The notes beneath the pieces were generated by a model that saw only the letters and a list, made by a program, of their open reading frames with translations, was not told the DNA's origin and ran no database searches. Both the position numbers and the translations under genes were made by a program. A DNA stretch of 64,000 bases, taken from NCBI RefSeq assembly GCF_001194135.2, contig NC_068982.1:63501608-63565607 (forward strand), given 5' to 3'. Positions 26,476 to 36,838 of the stretch are shown one piece after another. The first letter of the stretch is position 1, and each line of letters opens with the position of its first letter. The DNA is from Octopus bimaculoides (lineage: Eukaryota).

Positions 26476-27559
26476 ATATAATATTAATTGGCAAAAGTAC
26501 TAACAAGGCAGAGTAACTATGTATACAGAAATAATATGCAGCCCATTTGCTAAAAATCGTTTTAGGTTGGGTACTTTCAAGATAATCTGTGATTTCACCA
26601 CAACAGCTTTAACAACATAGGAGAGTAAGAAGCGTCCGACTGGAAAACAATTGATTTTTTCAACTTCTTAATTCATGGTGTTTCAGTGAATGGGTCATGT
26701 GCTTCATGGAAGAACTCCGCTCAAAAGGAAATAAATACATGGAATCACATTCATAAGTACATAGTCTTTCTGTAAAAGTAGGCCCATGTGATAGTAAATA
26801 CGCAGTGTTATGGTTGTTATTGTGTATGTATATATGTGATACGTATTTAAAGAGAGAGAGAAAGAGAGAGACGTATTTATACGCATAAAATTTTACTTTT
26901 GTTCTCTTCTGCGTGTGTGCATGTGTGTGTGTGTGTGTGTGCCTACTCGCGTGCGCATATGTCCTGCTAAAATTGTAACATATTCTGATGTCTATTCATG
27001 CTTTGTATCCTCTCACATCATTATTCTGTATTCAAGACATTGAAGCTCTGTCTATATATTATAACATTTTTATTATTTCAATGAATAAATTTTATTTGCT
27101 GTTACTTAGAAAATTGTTTATAGCATTTAATATTTCAAGTAAAAACAGAAAACTTACGAACATTGGATATTATTTCTTTCTTACCTCAAAAGTAGAAACT
27201 AATTGTGTTCCAACTATCACGTTTTCGAAAGTGTATTTTGGCTATATATAACAAATAAATGATAATTTGTAACCAAGCTTATTAATAGTTAATTTAATTT
27301 CCGTTCTCGTTTTCTAATCTATTCAGCTTTGTTTTGAATATTTCTGAACGTTTTAAGCTGTAATCCCAATATATTTTTCATAAACAAAAAGTACCTAATG
27401 CTCTTAGGACTCGAAGAGTTTTAATACATTTTCTTTATCGCTAAGAGCTAAATTTACTTTCTTATACAAAACGACAGCCTAAAAATGAAATATATTTATC
27501 TAGGGAGCTCTAAAAGATATAGGAAATTATTATACACCAATATTTAACTCACCCGCTTC

Positions 27560-28020
27560 AACTTCATCGATGCTTTCCACCTAGACTTTGAGTTCACTTC
27601 CATAGTCATCATCTCCTCTGTCAACTTTATCGATATCTGTGTCACTATTGCATACCCCCACTCTCTCCCTCCCTCTTTCTCTCTCTCTCTCTCTTTCTCT
27701 CTCTCTTCGTCTGTTTTCTATAAACCAGTCTTACTTCGACCTCACCACTTTCCAGAGCAACCACTCTATATTATTCCTAAGATTGCACCGCTTTTGTAAC
27801 TACGATCACGATTTTGAGATTCAGTCCCAAGGAATGGCTCTTCAACTCATGCGTCGTTTTAGACTATTGTCAAAAATTTCCGCTTCTACATCCGTAATGT
27901 GGATTGCACTCATGGCCCGTACTACCCATCCACGATCATGTTCTTCCTCATCTTCCACACTAGTACCTTATCTCTCCAGCGATTTGCCTTACGCAATTTC
28001 TACCAGCGTTGCTTTCCACT
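27560..28020 (+). mobile_element. Penelope-like RT C-terminal remnant
   Basis: EFTSIVIISSVNFIDICVTI and FLRLHRFCNYDHDFEIQSQGMA resemble PLE RT motifs. Confidence 0.6.
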
Positions 28021-28029
28021 GACTATTTC

Positions 28030-29390
28030 CCCTGCGCCATTAAAATCATTATTTACTACCTTAAAGGAAAAGAAATTAACTGTGGCAAAGCTCTGGGAGC
28101 AAATGAAATTTCTGAAGAACTGTACAGGGCACTGAGTACCACGGCTTCCAATGCATTCCTTGACATTCTTGCATCCATTTGAGAGGAATAGAGTATGTCA
28201 ACAGGCTTCCGAGATGCCACCATAATTACACTCTACAAGAACAAAGGAGCCGAAACAGACTGCAGAAATTACAGGGGAATTTCTTCGCTTTCCATTGCTG
28301 GAAAAATCCTGGCCCGCATCCTCTTTAATAGGCTTATCACCAGCATCTTCAAGAGCAATTTGTCTGAAGTCCAGTGTCGCTTCCACCCTGGCTGCAGCAC
28401 CGTAGACATGATATTTGCTGTCTGACAAGTCAAGAAGATATATATTGAGCAACGGATGGATTTGTACACTGTGTTCATAGACCTGAGCAAAGCTTTTGAC
28501 AGTCAACAGAGAAGCTTTGTGGACCATCCTAACTAAGATGGGCCGTACACTCACGTTCACCACATTTATAAAACTCTTTCATGACAATATGAAATCTCAG
28601 CCAATACAATCTCAGCCAATGGATCGTGGGACAGCAAGTTTATCCAGAATCGACAAGGCCAGCCAAGCACTTGGAAGACTGAAAGTGAAAGTTCTCCAAC
28701 AGAAAGGCATCAGACTATCGACAAATCTCAAGATCTACGAGGCTGTAGTCGTTTCTACACTACTATATGGATGTCAAACATGAACCCCATACCGTCGGCA
28801 CATTAAACAGTTGGAATAGTTTCACACAAGGGCACTGCACAGGAATATAGGCATTCGCTGGTAGGGCAGTGTAACAAACCAAGAAGTGCTGGACAGAGCT
28901 TGTTCAACAAGCATTGGGTCAATGTTGCTGAGGCTTAGTTACTCTGTACTGGCCATGTTATCAGAATGACTGACAACTGTGTACTCAGGCAGCTATTATA
29001 CAGTGAGCTCGCGTAGGACTCACGCAAACGAGGAAGGCCTAAACTGAGGTACAAAGACACTCTGAAAAGTAACCTCAATTGGAGCAACATTAGCCCACGC
29101 AAACTCGAAGCTTCTACCGCAGACGGATTAGCGTGGAGGTCTCTGATCTCACAAGCAGCAGCTTCCTTCGAAGAGGACTGGTAACAGCCAGCATCTCGGT
29201 GCTGCAAGAGAAAGTCGTCACAGGGCAGTATCCACCTCAATCCAGTCAACAGACTATCGTTCTGATATTTGTGGGTGCCTGCATGCTTCGAGCTGTGGAC
29301 TGCAAAGTCACATACGCTGTCGTCACTGAAAACAAAGGCTTTAGCGTCATCCGACACCGATGAACTATCTATCTCCTTAAATATCAGTCC
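28030..29390 (+). mobile_element. RTE-clade LINE fragment (RT and C-terminus, decayed)
   Basis: FRDATIITLYKNKG..DCRNYRGISSLSIAGKILARIL, FIDLSKAFDSVNREALW, LLYGCQT, GHVIRM, GRPKLRYKDTLK. Confidence 0.9.
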
Positions 29391-29408
29391 TGTGGTCACA
29401 GCATTCCT

Positions 29409-29620
29409 GGTCGTAAGTTAGGAGATTGCATCATTGACCATTTACGTAACATCACTTTACTAAAGAACATCACTTTACTAGTTGGGCGCCTTTTCAATAC
29501 TCCTGCACATACATTTCCTGTCTCTTCGTCTGTAGCGTTATTTTACATCACCACTGCCCTGCTCATTGTTGTCAAAAAGGACAGCCTTTTATTTTCCTGT
29601 TTGGCTGCTCCATCCGTTCG
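29409..29620 (+). mobile_element. Penelope-like GIY-YIG endonuclease remnant
   Basis: GRKLGDCIIDHLRNI...VGRLFNTPAHT matches the PLE pattern GRxLxxRxxEHLRxI...VARHFN. Confidence 0.6.
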
Positions 29621-30167
29621 GGTATGAATAGTGTAATTACAATAGCACAACTGTACCTTACCTTACTCAGGCTACTCACAACACCATAGTAGACAACACA
29701 TTTACTTTTTCATTTCGCAATCCTCATCCATTATCTGAAACGTGTACACATCCAAATAGACTGCACATATCACGCACTACACACCGGTACATGAATATCG
29801 TAATCACTTCCCATCCGCACACACATACAGACATCACACATACGCTATCTAATTATAAAACCTAAAAGCATACTTCCAGCCTACAACTCTTCTCGCATTT
29901 CTCCAAAACGTAGTACATCACACATAGATATTGAGAATAGGTAATCGTCATTTACCACACATATATTGCTATACATCCACATCACGTTGTATCATACACA
30001 CACACACACACATCTATAAAATATGTTTATATGTATATATCAATATGCATATAACATCTATATATATATACATACATACACACACATATATATATATATG
30101 TATACATATATTATATATGTATATATATATGTATATGTATATATATATGTATATATATGTATGTATG

Positions 30168-30235
<68 letters not shown>

Positions 30236-30402
30236 AATTCTATAATTATAAGCATAATTATAATTAGGGTTCAGCAAAGTTTAGAAAATTTAGAAATAGC
30301 AGTTAAATACTATTCTTCTACCATAAGATAACTCCCAGACAACAATACTCACAATTCACGAAGGTAAAAAGAAAAAATAACGAATCCACCCGGCTTTAAT
30401 CA

Positions 30403-30476
30403 ACTACATACGCGTTCCTGGATTAAAGTGATGTAAAATTTTATTTTTACTCACTTATTTCCGTCTTCAGTATAGT
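30403..30476 (-). ncRNA. Type-I hammerhead with long stem II (left arm, A13G lesion)
   Basis: Minus strand ACTATA-CTGAAGA-C-GGA-aat-AAGTGA-GTAAAA-loop-TTTTAC-a-TCACTT-taa-TCC-A-GGAAC-GC-GTA-TGTAGT; ACGCGT palindrome, GUA triplet. Confidence 0.75.
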
Positions 30477-30775
30477 ATTTCAATTGTAAATTTGAGAGTG
30501 CTAATAATTGAAATAGGTATTCGACCGATCGACATCGAATAGCTAATATCCAAAAACCAGCACTTCCGAATTTATACAGACGAGTGCGAACTCGCATCTT
30601 TCCCCAATCATCCACGGGTGTTACAAGTAATCCTACAGAAATAGCAGTTTACTATTTGGGAGTGAATTATATTTTCAATAATAATAAAGCGTAAAATTAA
30701 TTAATTAATTAATTAATAATTAATTTGTTGAATTCGTATTTTAATTATTAGTACTCTCAAATTTACAATTGAAAT

Positions 30776-30849
30776 ACTATACTGAAGACGGGAATAAGTG
30801 AATAAAAACAAAATTTTACATCTCTTTAATCCAGAAATGCGTATATAGT
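30776..30849 (+). ncRNA. Type-I hammerhead with long stem II (right arm)
   Basis: ACTATA(30776-81)/TATAGT(30844-49); CTGAAGA 30782-88; GAAA 30834-37; stem III ATGCGT (C>T of ACGCGT); GUA triplet 30841-43. Confidence 0.75.
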
Positions 30850-30850
30850 T

Positions 30851-31224
30851 GTGGAGGTGCAATAGCTCAGTGGTTAGGGCAGCGGACTCGCAGTCATAGG
30901 ATCGCGGTTTTGATTTCCAGACCGGGTGTTGTGAGTGTTTATTGAGTGAAAACACCTAAAGCTCCACGAGGCGCCGGCAGTGGGTGGTGGTGAACGCTGC
31001 TGTACTCTTTCACCACGACTTTCTCTAACTCTTTCTTCCTGTTTCTGTTGTACCTGTATTTCAAAGGGCCACCCTTGTCACACTGTGTCACGCTGAATAT
31101 CCCCGAGAAGTACGTTAAGGGTACACGTGTCTGTGGAGTGCTCAGCCACTTGCACGTTAATTTCACGAGCAGGCTGTTCCGTTGATCGGATCAACTGGAA
31201 CCCTCGACGTCGTAAGCGACGGAG
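30851..31224 (+). mobile_element. Full-length tRNA-derived SINE with 13-bp TSD
   Basis: TSD TGCGTATATAGTT at 30838-50 and 31225-37; TAGCTCAGTGGTTAGGGC A-box, GGTTTTGATTTCC B-box. Confidence 0.9.
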
Positions 31225-32709
31225 TGCGTATATAGTTAATCAAAGCCGGATGAATTCGTTATTTTCTTCTCTTTACTTACGTGAATTGTGAGTATTGCTG
31301 TCTGGCAGTTATCTTATGGTAGACGAATAGTATTTAACTGCTATTTCTAAATTTCGGTATGTGGTGAAGCAATTTTGCTGAACCCTAATTATAATTATGC
31401 TTATAATTATAGAATTTTTGTAGAAGGTTACCGATAAAAGCTATTTTAACATAGCGAACTACTTCGTAAAGTTATTAATTAATTAATTAATTNNNNNNNN
31501 NNNNNNNNNNNNNNNNNNNNNNNNNNNNNNNNNNNNNNNNNNNNNNNNNNNNNNNNNNNNNNNNNNNNNNNNNNNNNNNNNNNNNNNNNNNNNNNNNNNN
31601 NNNNNNNNNNNNNNNNNNNNNNNNNNNNNNNNNNNNNNNNNNNNNNNNNNNNNNNNNNNNNNNNNNNNNNNNNNNNNNNNNNNNNNNNNNNNNNNNNNNN
31701 NNNNNNNNNNNNNNNNNNNNNNNNNNNNNNNNNNNNNNNNNNNNNNNNNNNNNNNNNNNNNNNNNNNNNNNNNNNNNNNNNNNNNNNNNNNNNNNNNNNN
31801 NNNNNNNNNNNNNNNNNNNNNNNNNNNNNNNNNNNNNNNNNNNNNNNNNNNNNNNNNNNNNNNNNNNNNNNNNNNNNNNNNNNNNNNNNNNNNNNNNNNN
31901 NNNNNNNNNNNNNNNNNNNNNNNNNNNNNNNNNNNNNNNNNNNNNNNNNNNNNNNNNNNNNNNNNNNNNNNNNNNNNNNNNNNNNNNNNNNNNNNNNNNN
32001 NNNNNNNNNNNNNNNNNNNNNNNNNNNNNNNNNNNNNNNNNNNNNNNNNNNNNNNNNNNNNNNNNNNNNNNNNNNNNNNNNNNNNNNNNNNNNNNNNNNN
32101 NNNNNNNNNNNNNNNNNNNNNNNNNNNNNNNNNNNNNNNNNNNNNNNNNNNNNNNNNNNNNNNNNNNNNNNNNNNNNNNNNNNGAAATGTCCGATTTTGA
32201 ACTGAAAGTTTATTTTACTTAATCTCAACAAAAAGCAATGCAGTTAATCAAAGTATGCACCTCAATTATCAACGCGATTTTGCCATTTTAGCTGTAGTTT
32301 ATATATGCCGGCATTTAAGACTTCTGGAGGGCAAGAGGTGATGAAATAATGAAAGGCTGTTTTTGCATCTTCCTCAGATTTGAAATTTTCTCTTTGCAAA
32401 AAGTTGTCTAATGTCTGGTAAACGTGATAGTAATTAGTCTGGCGAATATAGTGAATGACGGAGTACTTCCAAGTTCACTTCCTGTAACTTGAGTAGCGTT
32501 CTATGTGCAACATTTAGTCGAGCATTATCTTGCAAGAGATTTGTCTCTATTGACCAATCACGGTTGTCTAATTTCGAGTTAACTCATCATTCCATTCAAT
32601 TGGTTGGTATATGTGTGAATATATATATATACATATATATATATACGTGTGGATATGTATTATTCGCATGGGTATGTATAATTGTTTGCATTTATGTACT
32701 GTGGGGCAT

Positions 32710-32767
32710 ATTATACTGAAGACGACAGGGGGATTTTATATCTCTAAACTAGAAATCGATCTATAAT
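32710..32767 (+). ncRNA. Type-I hammerhead, stem II base degraded
   Basis: ATTATA(32710-15)/TATAAT(32762-67); CTGAAGA 32716-22; GAAA 32752-55; ATCGAT palindrome; AUC triplet; only the distal stem II (GGGGAT/ATCTCT) pairs. Confidence 0.6.
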
Positions 32768-32913
32768 CAACCCTTTCAAAAAAATTCTTTATTCATTTCC
32801 CCGCTTTCAACCAGTGCTAACGGTTTTAGTGGTATTTGGCGTATATCCTTAGTATCTTGATGTTGTTTATCATCACCCATTATCATAATTATATCTTCAT
32901 AATTTTTATATTA

Positions 32914-32958
<45 letters not shown>

Positions 32959-32960
<2 letters not shown>

Positions 32961-33163
32961 AGAATATACAAAAAATAACAACAGACGAGGACAGGTGGTG
33001 TAAATAACAAAAGTATATATTAGTATGACGCTCGGGAATACGGAAAGTCTTTGACGTTTCGAGCTACGCTCTTCAACAGAAAGAATACGGAGACAAGGAG
33101 AAAAACACGGAGAAAAAAAATTCGGAGAAAAAAAATTGAATAGTGTTCAGTCAACGGTCAATC
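32959..33163 (-). mobile_element. About 205-bp hammerhead-bearing element flanked by (TA)n on both sides
   Basis: (TA)n at 32919-32958 and 33164-33177; HHR at 33048-33084. Confidence 0.65.
33048..33084 (-). ncRNA. Minimal type-I hammerhead, CUGUUGA core variant
   Basis: Minus strand TCTTT-CTGTTGA-A-GAGC-gta-GCTC-GAAAC-GTC-AAAGA; perfect stems I and II, ACGT palindrome, GUC triplet. Confidence 0.85.
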
Positions 33164-33237
<74 letters not shown>

Positions 33238-35339
33238 ATATATATACATCATCCATGCAAGGTTATTTTAATAGCCTTATAGAGCCACTTGTAAAGCAGT
33301 ACGGCTATTTTTATAAATATAAGCATAGAAAAGAAAGTGAAGTTCTAAAAACACCAAAAATCATAGCTGATAAAATCTGGTTCTATTCAGCTTCCCCATA
33401 CCTCAAACATTTTGATCACTTAGACTGTAATATAAATGATAAAATGTGTTGAAATCCATTCATCTCTTGACCTTTAGGCCACTGTATTTTCAATAACTAG
33501 CTCCGATTTGAAAGCCCATCCTTGTTCCTTTTAGTTCTGTAGTTAAGTGTGATAAGCTTTATTTCTGGTGGAATTGGATCGTCTCTCCTACACTCAACGG
33601 ACACTCAAAACTGTACAGAAGCTAAATTACATACTTCAACAAAATTATCGGCCTCTTTTGATGTTTCCAGACCCGAACAGCCACACGTCTCGGTAAAAAA
33701 TTGAAAATTCTCAATAAATTTGAATGTAGAGCAGTGCTACCAATACAGATAAAGAAGAAAAGAATACTATGTAAGGAAGATTTATCAGCACAAACTTTTG
33801 AACAATATAATATGAGCCATAAAAAATGAAATTTGAACATATAAATTGCAATCATTTATTACATCGGCTAGAAATGGACGATACAGAATGAATGATTTAT
33901 TATCAAGTGTTCAACAAAAATGTTTGAAGTCAACAAGCTTCAGAATGCCATTTTCCAAGCATATAAAGGAAAGCCAATTCAAAAGTTATTTGGTCACCAA
34001 AAACGTATAATACAAACTGTTATATTTATATTTTAAGTAACTAAATAGGATAAACTCAAACACCGCAAATCGTGATGTCATCCTCAATAATAATACATTT
34101 TCTGATAGACTGATATCAGCTGAAAAACATATTATCTTTTGTAAGATTTCATTCGAAATAGATAATTTTAGGAATAAAATGTAAATTCCAAACGAAAATA
34201 ATATAAAACAGAAAGAATTGTTCAGCTTTCTTTTAACTGAAAATGGTGAGGAGAAGTGCTTTCCGAAATGCGTTGATATCACAGTATCAGCGTAAATTAT
34301 AAAGTGGATGGTCGGATGGCAAAACATATATGTATAAAACAAACAATAACAAATACAAAAAAAAGTACTAATGACATGTAAGACAAAAGGCGTTGGTGTT
34401 AAGAGTAGAGAAGGAGACGACTGACTTTAAACATCCGAAAGGTATAAAAACGAAGGCATTTGATCTAAGAACAAAACTATGCTATTCATCATACATATTT
34501 CAAATAAAATTATTTAATGACAATGCCGTTATCAGCGGAGTGGTATGAAACATTTGTAACTATTAATAGTAACAAAGATGTGCCTTTATTTGACGATTTT
34601 TTTTCTGGTCTCCAGTAGCATGTGACGCCGATAAGTGCTGTGTCCCAGTCTCATTAGATGGCACTGCGTACATGATCTTTGCAGAAAATGACAATACGCT
34701 TATGAATAGATATTCGATTAGATGCAATTTTACGAAGACATCGGTTGTGAATAAGCTGCACTGAATAGTTTATGTGTGTGTGTGCGTGCGTACATATGTG
34801 TGTGTATGCATATATTTATGTATGTATATGTATATTTATATATACATGTATCAGGGGCGTGCCGTCTAGGCAGTGCATACCTTGGATGAAATTGATCAAT
34901 AAAAGTTTCTTTTCATATCAAAATATTCACCTAATTCAATAAAGGTTTCTCTGATTATTATGCAAAATATTTTTTTTAAATGAAATAAAAAAAAAATTTT
35001 TTTTGAAAATATTTTAATCGTCTGATAAAATCTTTTTAGTCGGTGGACACTTATTTTATTTTTATTTTTTATCTTTATTTACTTTATATTTGTCCATTAG
35101 GTTTTTTGGTAGATTTGAATTTTTAGTCGTTATATTTAACTTTTGATAAGCCGTTCTATTTGTATTTTATTAGAATATATATTTTTACCTTCTGTGATTA
35201 TATGTATATGCAGGATTATTTTTTTATGTGTTTGTAGACCATGGTGTTTTTTTTTATATATGATTAAATGTTTGAGGGGTGGTGTTGTATGAAAAGTCGT
35301 TGACCCAAATTTAATGTTTGTTCTATAACNNNNNNNNNN

Positions 35340-35395
<56 letters not shown>

Positions 35396-36349
35396 GTTTA
35401 ATGAGTTTTGGTAAAAAGGATATTTCCGTATACTGCGCCCAATATCTATGAAACAATTGTAAAATGTTTCGGTAGTAATGTGGGAAAATCCTGGCAATAT
35501 TAAGTTCATTTGCATTAGGTCTAGTTTTATTATTTTAACTATGTATAATCTAGTTGCATTCATTGTCGCTTTATATTTCTCATGATCTGTGCTGATCGGA
35601 TAAAAGTGACACAGTTATATTTGCTTATCTTTTCGCTAAAAGTAAATTTTACGTGCTTGAAGTGAATACCGGAAGCTATTTCACACGTATAGAATGTTTC
35701 TCTTGAATATAACATTATCGTATGTTACACTCTTGGTTCATTTTTAACCTAGAGGAGAAATTAAGGATTAATATGCATAATTACCATTAGAAAATTCTTA
35801 CATGCTGCTGGAAAAAGAACTCCAAGCGTTTCATTTCGTATACCGAAAGCTGAGATTATTTATTAGGCACTGAGTAAATTTCAAACTTCTGGTAAAACAT
35901 TTTGAATATTAAATTTCTTGGAAGTTATCATTCGAACGGTATCATTAAAAGTGCTAATATTTTTAAAGAATTGAAAATATCTTTAATGTATTTATAATGA
36001 TAAAATTAATTATAACTTGATGAAATATAACCAACTTTCTATTTATTTCGGATTTTGCTGAAGGTTATAATTTTCTTCTTTTAAATTTGATTAAATAATT
36101 TTCACGAACTTTGCTTCTTCGGAAATTAAGATTTTGTTGTCCTTATTTTTGTCTTTCTTGTTCATTCATCTCCATTCTGCACCTCCTCGTAATCATCCTC
36201 ATCCTCATCATTATCATCAATATAATCATTGGCATCATCATATTTGTCATCATCTTCATATCATCATCATCATCATATTTCATTTATTTTCATCGTTTTT
36301 CGCATCTCTTCAAATGACTTTAACTATTTTCGCTGTCTTGAGATTAATC

Positions 36350-36374
36350 ATCATCATCATCATTATAGTCATCG

Positions 36375-36452
<78 letters not shown>
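36350..36452. repeat. (CAT)n microsatellite
   Basis: Long CAT run within a degenerate CAT/ATT tract. Confidence 0.95.
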
Positions 36453-36455
<3 letters not shown>

Positions 36456-36594
36456 ACGTCATCGTGTCAACATTATTATTATACCTTCATTATCAGTCGT
36501 TTATCATATTTTTCTCGTAATATCTGCAGCTTTCTGATCGTCTTTTCAGTGGTATTTTCACGACAAATCACGACAAAGAGATAGAAAGATAGAT

Positions 36595-36641
36595 ACACAG
36601 ACAGGCTGACGGACAGACGGACGGTCGGACAGAGAGACAGG

Positions 36642-36710
<69 letters not shown>

Positions 36711-36754
36711 GGGCGGATGGACGGACGGACGGACGGACGGACGGACGGACAGAC

Positions 36755-36838
<84 letters not shown>
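36595..36838. repeat. Compound tetranucleotide microsatellite (GACA)n-(GGAC)n-(GATA)n
   Basis: Direct reading. Confidence 0.95.

Larger units (their letters stand above)
30235..31417. mobile_element. Fold-back element with about 285-bp divergent arms, each carrying a hammerhead
   Basis: 30235-30520 is the reverse complement of 30733-30850 plus 31238-31417; about 210-bp spacer; right arm split by a SINE. Confidence 0.85.

Noticed and set aside
30235-31417. Apparent excess of G-U-compatible differences between arms (editing or selection signature)
   Set aside because: My hand count is about 10 versus 5 transitions, which is not significant and cannot be polarised without a consensus
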